Shown: positions 36,668 to 46,276 of the stretch, one piece after another
Layout: each line of letters opens with the position of its first letter
Numbering within the stretch: position 1 is the first letter of the stretch
DNA from: an uncultured Gemmatimonadales bacterium
Lineage (GTDB): Bacteria > Gemmatimonadota > Gemmatimonadetes > Longimicrobiales > RSA9
NCBI GenBank assembly: GCA_963783305.1
Contig: CAWAMW010000016.1
Coordinates: forward strand, 128,001-192,000
Direction of reading: 5' to 3'
DNA: 64,000 nucleotides
Program-made: the position numbers and the translations under genes
Notes under the pieces: generated by a model
Seen by the model: only the letters and a program-made list of their open reading frames with translations
What the model was told of the DNA's origin: nothing
Database searches by the model: none

Positions 36668-39139
36668 ATGCGAGATACCCGAACGCTGACGGGAGCCCGC
36701 GGGCTCGCCTTCGCCCTGAGCGCGCTGCTCCTGACCGCCTGCGGCAAGGGCGCCGGCCCCACGGGCCCCGTGCCCCACGTGGACGGGAAGGGCAAGGACG
36801 GCGGTGGCTACGCGGAGGTGATCGAGGGGACGGTGGCGGACAGCGGTCTGTTCGTGGTGCATCGGAGCGATGAGAAGCTGCTGTTCGAGATCCCGGACAC
36901 GCTGCTGGGTCGCGAGCTGCTGGTGATCAGCCGGATCGCGCGGGTGCCGGGCGACATCAGCGGGTTCATCGTCGCCGGTCACAAGGTGCAGGAGCAGGTG
37001 TGGGTCTGGGAGCGGCGGGGCGAGCAGCTGCTGCTGCGGAAGCGGTCGTACGCGCAGGTGGCGGCGGACTCGCTACCGATCAGCATGAGCGTGGTGAACA
37101 ACAACTACGCGCCGATCGTGGCGTCGTTCGACATCGAGGCGGAGGGGCCGGACTCGGCGTCGGTGGTGGTGGACGTGACCGATCTGTACGAGGGGGACAC
37201 GCAGGCGATCAGCGCGCTGAGCCCTGCGCAGCGTCGGGAGCTGGGGGTGCGGCGGCTGGACGAGTCCCGGAGCTTCATCGTGTTCGCGCGGAGCTTCCCG
37301 GAGAACGTGGACGTGCGGCACGCGCTCACGTACGAGGCGACGGAGCTGCCCCGGGAGAACAACACGGGGACGCTGAGCATGGAGATGCACCAGTCGATGG
37401 TGCTGCTGCCGGCGGAGCCCATGCGTCCGCGTCTGGCGGACGAGCGGGTGGGCTATTTCGGCGTGAGCCGGACAAACTTCGGGGTGCCGGACCAGAAGGC
37501 GTCGGAGGAGACGTTCATCCGGCGGTGGCGGCTGGAGCCGAGCGACCCGGCGGCGTACGCCCGGGGCGAGCTGACGGACCCGGTGGAGCCCATCACGTAC
37601 TACCTGGACCCGGCCACGCCGGCGGAGTGGCGGGAGTGCGTGCGGCAGGGCGTCGAGGACTGGGTGCCGGCGTTCGAGACGGCGGGGTTCAGCCACGCCA
37701 TTGTGGCGCTGGACGCGCCATCGCCGGAGGAGGACCCGGAGTGGGACATGAGCGATGTTCGGCACTCGACGGTGCGGTGGGCGGCGAGCATGGTGCGGAA
37801 CGCCATGGGCCCGAGTGTGAGCGATCCTCGGTCGGGCGAGATCATTGAGAGCGACATCGTGTGGTACCACAACCACATGAGGAGCTACCGCAATCGTCTG
37901 ATGCTGGAGACGGGTGCGGCGAACCCGCTGGCGCGGGACCTACCGATCGACCAGGACCTGATGTGCGAGGCGATGCGGCAGGTGATCGCCCACGAGATCG
38001 GGCACGCGCTCGGGCTGCCGCACAACATGATCTCGAGCTCCGCCTACCCCGTGGCGAAGCTGCGGGACCCGGCGTTCGCCGACAGCATGGGTGTGGCCCC
38101 GACGATCATGGACTACGCCCGCCAGAACTACGTCGCGCAGCCGGGCGACGGCCTGGAGGGCGCCGACTTCATCCGGCAGGTGGGACCGTACGACCACTAC
38201 GTCATCAACTGGGGGTACCGCGTGCTGCCGGACGCGCCCACGCCGGAAGCGGAGAAGCCCACTCTGAACCGGTGGATCGCGGAGCGCGCGGACGACCCGG
38301 TGTATCGCTACCTGCCGCGGTCGGCGGAAACGGCGTGGGACCCGCGGGCGCAGACGGAGGACCTCGGGGACGACCCGGTGGAGGCGAGCACACTCGGGAT
38401 CGCCAACCTCAAGCGTGTCAGCGAGCGGCTGGTGGAGTGGACGACGGACCCGGGCCAGGATTACGAGGACCTGGCGGAGCTGTATGGCGAGCTGGTGGGG
38501 CAGTGGGGTCGGTACGTGGGTCACGTGGCGGCGGTTCCGGGCGGGATCTACGTGGACCTGAAGACGGCGGACCAGGCGGGGCCGGTGTACGTGGGCGTGC
38601 CGCGGTCCGCGCAGGAACGGGCGCTCGCGTTCCTGGAGCGGGAGGTCTTCGAGGCCCCGCGCTGGCTCGCGCGCCGAGACATCCTGGACCGGATCGGTGA
38701 GAGCGGCCTGGAGTCGATCGCGGACCGTCAGGCGTGGGTGCTGGGCTCGCTCCTGGACGCGCGGCGGCTGGCGCGGCTGGCGGAGCTCGAGGTGACGCAG
38801 CCGGAGCGGGCGTTCCCGCTGGCGGAGTACCTGGCGGAGCTGCGCGAGGGGGTCTGGGGCCGCCTCACGACCACCGCCGCGGACCCGTACCGGCGCGCAC
38901 TCCAGCGGGCGTACCTGGAGGAGGTGGAGCAGCTGCTGACGGAGGAGCCACAGGGCAGCTCGTTCCTGCCGGCGCCGGACGTGAGCCGGTCGGACATCCG
39001 GCCGCTGCTGCGGCAACAGATGCGGCGGCTGCGGACGGAAGCGCAATCGGCGGCGCGGCGGTCCACCGACGGCGTGGCGCGGGCGCACCTCGAGGACGTG
39101 GCGGAGCGGATCGAGCGGATGCTCGACCCGGAGCGGTAG
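36668..39139 (+). CDS. Zinc-dependent metalloprotease lipoprotein (DUF5117/DUF5118/EcxA-like)
   Basis: Lipobox LLTAC; PMRPRLADERVGYF, DPRSGEIIESD, AHEIGHALGLPHN, TIMDY Met-turn. Confidence 0.9.
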   Translation: MRDTRTLTGARGLAFALSALLLTACGKGAGPTGPVPHVDGKGKDGGGYAEVIEGTVADSGLFVVHRSDEKLLFEIPDTLLGRELLVISRIARVPGDISGFIVAGHKVQEQVWVWERRGEQLLLRKRSYAQVAADSLPISMSVVNNNYAPIVASFDIEAEGPDSASVVVDVTDLYEGDTQAISALSPAQRRELGVRRLDESRSFIVFARSFPENVDVRHALTYEATELPRENNTGTLSMEMHQSMVLLPAEPMRPRLADERVGYFGVSRTNFGVPDQKASEETFIRRWRLEPSDPAAYARGELTDPVEPITYYLDPATPAEWRECVRQGVEDWVPAFETAGFSHAIVALDAPSPEEDPEWDMSDVRHSTVRWAASMVRNAMGPSVSDPRSGEIIESDIVWYHNHMRSYRNRLMLETGAANPLARDLPIDQDLMCEAMRQVIAHEIGHALGLPHNMISSSAYPVAKLRDPAFADSMGVAPTIMDYARQNYVAQPGDGLEGADFIRQVGPYDHYVINWGYRVLPDAPTPEAEKPTLNRWIAERADDPVYRYLPRSAETAWDPRAQTEDLGDDPVEASTLGIANLKRVSERLVEWTTDPGQDYEDLAELYGELVGQWGRYVGHVAAVPGGIYVDLKTADQAGPVYVGVPRSAQERALAFLEREVFEAPRWLARRDILDRIGESGLESIADRQAWVLGSLLDARRLARLAELEVTQPERAFPLAEYLAELREGVWGRLTTTAADPYRRALQRAYLEEVEQLLTEEPQGSSFLPAPDVSRSDIRPLLRQQMRRLRTEAQSAARRSTDGVARAHLEDVAERIERMLDPER

Positions 39140-39217
39140 CCCCGCCGGGCTCCTCGTGCGGCGGGCCGACGTGATCGCCCGCGCTACCCCGCACGGTCCT
39201 TGCTGGGGCGGAGCCGC

Positions 39218-41968
39218 ATGGAAGAGCAGAACGGTGGGGCGAAAAGGCCGGGAGACCGGCCACAGGAGGCTCCGGAGGCGGAGAGCGGTGCGGGCGACGC
39301 ACCGGGCGGCCGTCCCGGGGGCGCCCGGGTGCGCTTCAGTGACTGGGTCGCGTCGTGGCGCGGCACGATCCGGGACCGCGCAGTGCTCCACCGGCTGCGC
39401 CACATGTGGCCGCCCCCATGGAAGCCGGTCCTGATCGGTGCGGCTGTCCTGCTCTTCCTGGGCTGGGTGGGCTGGCGGACGTGCGGGCTTCAGGGCTGCC
39501 CCAACGTCGAAGTCCTCGCCGCGTATCAGCCGGGGAACGCGCCGGTGATCCTGGACCGTACGGGGAACGAGGTCGCGCGGCTCTCGCCGGTGGCCCGAGA
39601 GCTCGTGTCGCTGGAGTCGCTCCCGGGTGATGTGGCGGAGGCGTTCATCGCGGTGGAGGACCGGCGCTTCTACGACCATGGCGGCGTGGACATCCGGCGG
39701 GCCTTCGGCTCGCTGCTGGCGAACGTGAAGGCCGGCGGCGTGGCGCAGGGCGGCAGCACCATCACCATGCAGCTCGCGCGGAACGTCTTCCCCGACCGTC
39801 TCCCGGCGGCGCAGCGGACAGTGGGCCGGAAGCTGCTGGAGGTGCGGGTGGCGCGGGAGATCGAGGGCCATTTCAGCAAGGACGAGATCCTCGAGCTCTA
39901 CCTGAACCACATCTACTTCGGCGGCCCCATCTACGGGATCGAGACGGCCGCGCGGCAGTACTTCGGCCACGGCGCGTCGGAGCTGAGGTTGGAGGAGGCG
40001 GCGACGCTCGCGGCGATGCCGAAGGCGCCCAACCGCTACGACCCTCGGGACAACCCCGAGCGGTCGCGTGAGCGGCGCGATATCGTGCTCGGGCTCATGG
40101 CGGACCAGGGTTTCATCACGACGGAGGAGGCCGAATCCGCTCAGGGGCGCGCCATCCGCACCTCCCGGGCGCGGCCGGCGCCCGAGGTCCAGCCGCCCCC
40201 CGCGCCCTACTTCGTGCGGGCGGTGCGTCGGCAGCTCGAGGAGGAGCTGGGCGACGGCCTCTACGCGCAGCCGCTCCGGATCCGAACGACCCTCGACCTG
40301 AAGGCGCAGGCGGCGGTGGAGCGTGAGCTCATGCGCCAGCTGCGGGCGGTGGAGCGGGGCGCCCACGGCCGGTTCAGGGCGGGGACCCGCTACGGCGATG
40401 CCGGTGGGGTGGATTCCGCGGGGACGCGCTACCTCCAGGGCGCGGCGGTGGTGCTGAGCGCCGACAGCGGGGACGTGCTGGCGCTGGTGGGCGGCCGTGA
40501 CTACTCAGACTCGCGGTTCGACCGGGCCACAGGCGCATACCGTCAGGTGGGCAGCGCGTTCAAGCCGTTCGTGTACGCCGCGGCGCTGGATGAGGGCTAC
40601 GCCCCCAGCCAGCACCTGGTGGACGAGCCGCTGGAGATGGAGCTGCCCGGCGGCGAGATCTGGATGCCCGAGAACTTCGACGGGAGCTACCGTGGCGAGG
40701 TGACGCTGCGCGAGGCGGCGGTGCATTCGAACAACGTGGCGACGGTCCGTCTGGCCATGGCCGTGGGGCTGGACCGGGTGGCGAGTCAGGCGCGGGATGC
40801 CGGGGTGCGGAGCCGGCTCCCCATACTTCCATCCCTGGCGCTGGGGACCGCGGGGCTCACGCTCCTGGAGCTCACCGCCGCCTACGCTCCCTTCGCCACG
40901 CTGGGCACCGCGGTGCGGCCGCGGCTGGTGCGGAGCGTAGAAGACACCGCGGGCGCGGTGATCTGGGAGAGTCGGGTCGAGCGGAAAAAGGTGCTCGATC
41001 CCGGCGTCGCCTACCTCACGACCGACATCCTGCGCGACGCCGTGGACGAGGGCACGGGGAACGGCGTGCGGCGGGGCGGGTTCCGCGGCGCCGCGGCGGG
41101 GAAGACGGGCACCACCGACAGCGGGCACGATGCGTGGTTCGTGGGCTACACCCCCGCCCTCATCGGCGGCGTCTGGATCGGCTTCGACCGCCCTGCCCCG
41201 ATCGTGGCACGGGCGAGCGGAGGCCGCCTCGCCGCGCCGGTCTGGGGCGCGATGATGCGCGACATCCAGGCGGAGCGGGGGGACCTGACGGAGTGGGAGC
41301 GGCCGGCCTCGGTGGTGGAGCGGGAGGTGGACCCGGCCAGCGGGCTGGTGCTGGCGGAGGGGTGCGAGCCGGAGACCGGTCGTGGCCGGTCAGAGCTGTT
41401 CCTGAAGGACCACGTGCCGGCCGAGACCTGCCCGAAGGGTGGCCTCGACGAGCCCGGGTTCCTGACGCGGCTCGCGCGCGGAGTAAAGTCACTGTTCGGC
41501 CGCGCCGTGGGCTTCGTGGCCGGGCTGTTCGATGGTGACGACGACGAGGCGCGCGAGCGGGAGCGGTACCTGGGGAAGCCGCGACTGCCGCAGGCGCGGC
41601 AGACCCCGAGCGTGGAGGAGCCCGACACGAGCACCGTCGAGCCACCCTCGGGCCCGCTCGGAATCCCGCTGGACTCCATCCCCGACTGGGGTGACGTGCC
41701 GGTGGAGGTGGAGGTGGAGGAGCCTGAGTTCGAGGCCCCCCCGGATACCGGTCCCGCCGATGATGATGGCCTCCCCGTGGGTCCGCCGGGCCAGATCGCG
41801 CCACCGGAGGATGGCGGGGCGGGGGTCGGGCGGGGCCGCGGCAATGGTCCTCCGGCCGGCCGCGGCGGGGGCGGCGACAGCCTTCCACGGCCTGGCGGTC
41901 CTCCTTCTGACAGCCTGTTCATCACGGCTCGCACGTCACTCATGGCTCAGAAATCGGTGCCATCTTGA
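39218..41968 (+). CDS. Class A penicillin-binding protein (PBP1A family)
   Basis: EDRRFYDHGG, QGGSTITMQL, RKLLE, YLN; SAFK, SNN, KTG; acidic Pro-rich disordered tail. Confidence 0.93.
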   Translation: MEEQNGGAKRPGDRPQEAPEAESGAGDAPGGRPGGARVRFSDWVASWRGTIRDRAVLHRLRHMWPPPWKPVLIGAAVLLFLGWVGWRTCGLQGCPNVEVLAAYQPGNAPVILDRTGNEVARLSPVARELVSLESLPGDVAEAFIAVEDRRFYDHGGVDIRRAFGSLLANVKAGGVAQGGSTITMQLARNVFPDRLPAAQRTVGRKLLEVRVAREIEGHFSKDEILELYLNHIYFGGPIYGIETAARQYFGHGASELRLEEAATLAAMPKAPNRYDPRDNPERSRERRDIVLGLMADQGFITTEEAESAQGRAIRTSRARPAPEVQPPPAPYFVRAVRRQLEEELGDGLYAQPLRIRTTLDLKAQAAVERELMRQLRAVERGAHGRFRAGTRYGDAGGVDSAGTRYLQGAAVVLSADSGDVLALVGGRDYSDSRFDRATGAYRQVGSAFKPFVYAAALDEGYAPSQHLVDEPLEMELPGGEIWMPENFDGSYRGEVTLREAAVHSNNVATVRLAMAVGLDRVASQARDAGVRSRLPILPSLALGTAGLTLLELTAAYAPFATLGTAVRPRLVRSVEDTAGAVIWESRVERKKVLDPGVAYLTTDILRDAVDEGTGNGVRRGGFRGAAAGKTGTTDSGHDAWFVGYTPALIGGVWIGFDRPAPIVARASGGRLAAPVWGAMMRDIQAERGDLTEWERPASVVEREVDPASGLVLAEGCEPETGRGRSELFLKDHVPAETCPKGGLDEPGFLTRLARGVKSLFGRAVGFVAGLFDGDDDEARERERYLGKPRLPQARQTPSVEEPDTSTVEPPSGPLGIPLDSIPDWGDVPVEVEVEEPEFEAPPDTGPADDDGLPVGPPGQIAPPEDGGAGVGRGRGNGPPAGRGGGGDSLPRPGGPPSDSLFITARTSLMAQKSVPS

Positions 41969-43266
41969 AACAGATCGCTGCACAGGTACGGACTCGCGCC
42001 GTGGCGGAGGTCGCGGAGGTCGCCGCGCGCCACGATGCGCTCCCCCTGGTCCAGCATCCGGTGGAGGTGGGTGGCGAACCCGGCTGGCACCGCGTTCTGA
42101 TCAACGTTCCCAACGACCAGGTGGGGCCGCTGCTGGCGGGGCTGGAGGAGGCGGTAGGGGATGCGGAGTTCGCGATCCCGGCGGGCGAGACCATGCCTGT
42201 GAGTACTCCAATCGGCGATGTCCGCGAGCAACTGAAGGACGTCTCCACCCGGTCTACGCTGGAGCTGGTGCTCGACGTGCTTCAGAGCGTCGGGTCCTGG
42301 AAGGGAATGCTCCTGTACGCGGTGATCTCCGGAATGGTGGCCGCATACGGCGTCATCTTCAACCTCTCCTTCCTGCTGACGGCGGCCATGCTCATCGCGC
42401 CGCTGGGCGCTCCGGTGATGGTGTGTGTCGTAGGGGTCGCGCTGGGGGACCTGTGGATGGTGCGGCGCGGGGCGGTCCGGTTCTTCGTGTCGCTCCTGGT
42501 GCTGGCGGGGGCGGCCGCCGTGCTCGGGCTCGTCTACGGGCTGCGTCAGTCCACCGCCATGATGGAGACGTTGACCAACCTGTCGGTGTGGTCCGCGATG
42601 CTCGGTGTGGTGGGGGGCGCCGCCGGCGCGCAGGCGTTGATCCAGGCGGAGCGGGACAGCATGGTCACCGCCACGGCCACGGGGTTCCTCGTGGCGGTCT
42701 CGCTGTCGCCGCCGTCGGCGGTCCTGGGGCTGGCGGCCGCGCTGGGTCGGTGGGACTACGTGGTCCTCATGGTGTTCCTGATCGCGGTGACCTTCACGGG
42801 CATCATCGCCGGGGGTTGGGCATCCCTTCGGGTGCAGGGCGTCCACCAGGGCCGGCCCTCGGCGGGTCGTGGAAGCTCCGGGATAGCCCGGGCGCTGGTG
42901 GCCACGACCGTGGTCCTGCTGGCAGGGCTCGTCGCCTGGCAGACGCAGCGGGGGCCGCGCTATCAGAAGGCGGACCGCGCCCGTTCGGCGAGCCAGCTGG
43001 CAAAGGACGCCGTGACGGCGGTGCCGGGCTATCGGCTGATCGATGTGGACGCGAGCTTCACCACCGGCGACTCGAAGTGGCACGAGGGCGAGGGTCTCCT
43101 GGTCCGGGCCGTGGTGGCGCGGGACAGCGGGGCCGCCGCACGGGCCGGGGACGCCGCGCTCCGGCCGGGGGCGGCGTCCGAGGAGCTGAGGGCGGCGATC
43201 TCCCGCAGGATCACGAGCCGGATGGACGACGTCCACCCGTTCATCGACCTGTCGATCCTCCCCTGA
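41965..43266 (+). CDS. DUF389 domain membrane protein
   Basis: AAMLIAPLGAP, VAVSLSPP; multiple TM segments; start overlaps the PBP stop. Confidence 0.8.
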   Translation: MKQIAAQVRTRAVAEVAEVAARHDALPLVQHPVEVGGEPGWHRVLINVPNDQVGPLLAGLEEAVGDAEFAIPAGETMPVSTPIGDVREQLKDVSTRSTLELVLDVLQSVGSWKGMLLYAVISGMVAAYGVIFNLSFLLTAAMLIAPLGAPVMVCVVGVALGDLWMVRRGAVRFFVSLLVLAGAAAVLGLVYGLRQSTAMMETLTNLSVWSAMLGVVGGAAGAQALIQAERDSMVTATATGFLVAVSLSPPSAVLGLAAALGRWDYVVLMVFLIAVTFTGIIAGGWASLRVQGVHQGRPSAGRGSSGIARALVATTVVLLAGLVAWQTQRGPRYQKADRARSASQLAKDAVTAVPGYRLIDVDASFTTGDSKWHEGEGLLVRAVVARDSGAAARAGDAALRPGAASEELRAAISRRITSRMDDVHPFIDLSILP

Positions 43267-43284
43267 TCGACTGCGGGCCCGGGA

Positions 43285-45564
43285 TCAGCTGAAGCGGATC
43301 CCGTTCGGGGCGACATCGCCGGGCCGCGGCTTGGGCTTCCTGTCCCGCCGCGGCCCGGAGGAGCCCTTGCCGCCGGACTTCCCGGAGCCCGCCGGGCCGC
43401 CCTTCTCGCCGGGCGCGCCGAACGGGTCGGATTTCATGGACAGGCCGATGCGGTTGCGGTCGAGGTCGACGGAGAGGACGCTAACCTGGACGCGGTCGCC
43501 GACGCGGACCACATCGGCGGGGTCCTTGACAAAGCGGTCGGCGAGCTGGGAGACGTGGATGAGCCCGTCCTGGTGGACGCCGATGTCGACGAACGCGCCG
43601 AACGCCACGACGTTGGTGACCACGCCGTCGAGCTTCATCCCCTTCTGGAGGTCTTTCACCTCCTTGACGTCCTCGCGGAAGGTGGGGGCCTCGAAACTTT
43701 CGCGCGGGTCGCGGCCGGGGCGTAGCAGCTCGTCCATGATGTCTTCGAGCGTGGGACGCCCCACGTCGTCGGAGACGTAGCGTCCGAGGTCGAGCTTCCG
43801 TACGGCCTCCTCGTTGCCCACGAGCTCGTCGAGGGGCACGCCCACGTCGTCGACCATGCGCTCGACGAGGGTGTAGCGCTCGGGATGGACGGCGGTGCGG
43901 TCGAGGGGGTTGGGTGCGTTCCGGATCCGCAGGAACCCGGCGGCCTGCTCGAAGGCCTTGGGCCCCAGGCGCGGCACGTCGAGGAGCTCGGCGCGGGAGT
44001 CGAGGCCACCCCGGGTGTCGCGGTATCGGATGATGTTCGCGGCAAGTGTTGGTCCGAGTCCGGCGATATACGCCAGCAGCGACGGCGAGGCCGTGTTCAG
44101 CTCCACGCCCACCCGGTTCACGCAGATCTGGACCACCTCGTCCAGCTGCCGCTTCAGCTCCGGCTGATCCACGTCGTGCTGGTACTGCCCCACGCCGATG
44201 GACTTCGGGTCGATCTTGACCAGCTCGGCCAGGGGGTCCTGGAGCCGCCGGGCGATGGAGACGGCGCCGCGGAGCGACACGTCCATATCGGGCAGCTCCT
44301 CCCGCGCCACCTCCGATGCCGAGTACACGCTCGCGCCCGACTCGTTGACCATGACGATGCCCGGTGCCTTCCCCTTCAGGTCGCCGACGGCGGACCGGGC
44401 GGCCTGGTCGGTCTCCCGTGAGGCCGTGCCGTTGCCGATGGCGATCAGGTGCGGCTCGTGCACTTCCACCAGCGCTCGGAGCCCGGCGGCGAACCGGTCC
44501 GACTGGTGCAGGTAGAGCGTGTCCGTGGCCAGCACCGCGCCCGTCTTCGAGACGACCGCGACCTTCACCCCCGTTCGGAACCCCGGATCCAGGCCGATGA
44601 CCGCCCGCTCTCCGGCGGGCGCCGCCAGCAGCAGCTGCTCGAGGTTGCGGCCGAAGATAGCGATGGCCTCCGCGTCCGCCCGATCCTTGAGCTCCAGCCG
44701 GATCTCCGTCTGGATCGACGGGGAGAGGAGTCGTCGGTACGCGTCCTCCGCGACCGCACTCAGCTGCCGCCGTGCGGGTCGCGACCCGACCACCCGGGCG
44801 ATCACGCCTTCCACGATCTCCTCGTCCGGCACCTCCACCTTCCACGTGAGCACGCCCTCCGACTCACCCCGGCGGATGGCCAGCATCCGGTGGCTCGGGA
44901 TCTCCGTCGACCTCTGCGAGAATTCGAAGTAGTCGCGGAACCGGGCGGCCGCCTCGTCGTCCTCCTTGCCCGTGAGGACCCGCGACGCCACCACGCCCTC
45001 CGATCGCGTCCGGTCCCGCACCCATCCCCGCAGCGCTGCGTCCTCCGCGACCCGCTCGGCGAGAATGTCGCGGGCTCCCTTGAGCGCGTCCTCCGGGGTC
45101 TCCACGCCGCGCTCCGCGTCCACGTAGTCGGGCGCGGCGCGCTCGGTGGCCGCGTCGTCGAGCTCGCCCGCCCAGATCGCGTCCGCCAGCGGCTCCAGTC
45201 CCTTCTCCCTCGCGATCGTCGCCCGCGTGCGGCGCTTCGGCTTGTACGGGAGGTACAGGTCCTCGAGCTCCTGCTTCGTCGCCGCGGCCTCGATCCGATC
45301 CCGCAGGGCATCTTCCAGTTTCCCCTGATCCTCGATGGACTCCAGGATCGCCGATCGTCGGGATTCCAGCTCCGTCAGGTAGGCCGCACGGTCCCGCGCG
45401 TCCCGCAGCTGGACCTCGTCCATGCCGCCCGTCGCTTCTTTCCGGTAGCGCGCGATGAACGGGAGCGTGTTCCCTTCCTCGAAGAGGGCGAGGGCGGGGC
45501 CGACCTGCCTGGGCGACAGGTCGAGCTCGCGGGCGACGGTCTGGACGATCTTCTGGTCTGGCAT
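43285..45564 (-). CDS. tex: Tex family RNA-binding transcriptional accessory protein
   Basis: PFIARYRKE, LEDLYLPYKPKRRT, DPGFRTG, IGNGTASRET, SIGVGQYQHD; C-terminal S1 domain. Confidence 0.95.
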   Translation of the reverse strand: MPDQKIVQTVARELDLSPRQVGPALALFEEGNTLPFIARYRKEATGGMDEVQLRDARDRAAYLTELESRRSAILESIEDQGKLEDALRDRIEAAATKQELEDLYLPYKPKRRTRATIAREKGLEPLADAIWAGELDDAATERAAPDYVDAERGVETPEDALKGARDILAERVAEDAALRGWVRDRTRSEGVVASRVLTGKEDDEAAARFRDYFEFSQRSTEIPSHRMLAIRRGESEGVLTWKVEVPDEEIVEGVIARVVGSRPARRQLSAVAEDAYRRLLSPSIQTEIRLELKDRADAEAIAIFGRNLEQLLLAAPAGERAVIGLDPGFRTGVKVAVVSKTGAVLATDTLYLHQSDRFAAGLRALVEVHEPHLIAIGNGTASRETDQAARSAVGDLKGKAPGIVMVNESGASVYSASEVAREELPDMDVSLRGAVSIARRLQDPLAELVKIDPKSIGVGQYQHDVDQPELKRQLDEVVQICVNRVGVELNTASPSLLAYIAGLGPTLAANIIRYRDTRGGLDSRAELLDVPRLGPKAFEQAAGFLRIRNAPNPLDRTAVHPERYTLVERMVDDVGVPLDELVGNEEAVRKLDLGRYVSDDVGRPTLEDIMDELLRPGRDPRESFEAPTFREDVKEVKDLQKGMKLDGVVTNVVAFGAFVDIGVHQDGLIHVSQLADRFVKDPADVVRVGDRVQVSVLSVDLDRNRIGLSMKSDPFGAPGEKGGPAGSGKSGGKGSSGPRRDRKPKPRPGDVAPNGIRFS

Positions 45565-45637
45565 TCGGCTATAGCTCCTGGGGAATCGACGTCGCGCGGA
45601 AGGTCGCGGGAGGGCCGTCGCGATTCAAGGAGTCGTG

Positions 45638-46276
45638 CTAGAGGAGTGACCCGATGCGCGTGGCGCCCAGGCGGTGGGCCAGCACCAGGAAGAGCTCGGC
45701 GGTGGCGACGGCATCGGAGAGGGCCTCGTGGGCCCGGTGCGGCGGGAGGCCGAAGCGGGCCCGAGCGGTGCCGAGCCCGGTGGGGAACTCCGTGCGCTCC
45801 GGCGTCAGGTGCCCGTGCCGGCGCGCGAAGCGAAGCAGCAGCTGTACGGTATCGATGACCGCCAGGGTGGGCGGCTCGATGTCGTGAGCCCTGAACGCGG
45901 CGTGCAGGAAGGGGACGTCGACGCGACGCTCGTGCACGATGAGCACGCCCGCTTCGAGGCGGGAGACCACCTCCGGCAGCACGGTTTCGGGCGGCGGGGC
46001 GTCCTCGAGGTCGTCGGGGAGGATGTGGTGAATGGTGAGGCTGGCGCCGGTGACGGGCTGGCCGGGGCGCAGGAGGGAGTGGTAGGACTCCCCCAGTCGT
46101 ATGACGCCCTCCCTGATGGGAACCATGCCAACGGAGAGGATGGGGTCCTTGCGGGCGTCGAGGCCGCCGGTCTCGAGGTCGAGGACCCAGAGGGTGCGGT
46201 CCCGCCATGGGTCGCGGCGGAGCGCGAGTCGGTGGCGGAGACCCTGTCCGAGGCGGTGGAGTGCGGAGCGGCTCAC
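45638..46276 (-). CDS. DEDDh 3'-5' exonuclease (DnaQ-like)
   Basis: VLDLETGGL, IDT, HEALSDA. Confidence 0.9.
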   Translation of the reverse strand: MSRSALHRLGQGLRHRLALRRDPWRDRTLWVLDLETGGLDARKDPILSVGMVPIREGVIRLGESYHSLLRPGQPVTGASLTIHHILPDDLEDAPPPETVLPEVVSRLEAGVLIVHERRVDVPFLHAAFRAHDIEPPTLAVIDTVQLLLRFARRHGHLTPERTEFPTGLGTARARFGLPPHRAHEALSDAVATAELFLVLAHRLGATRIGSLL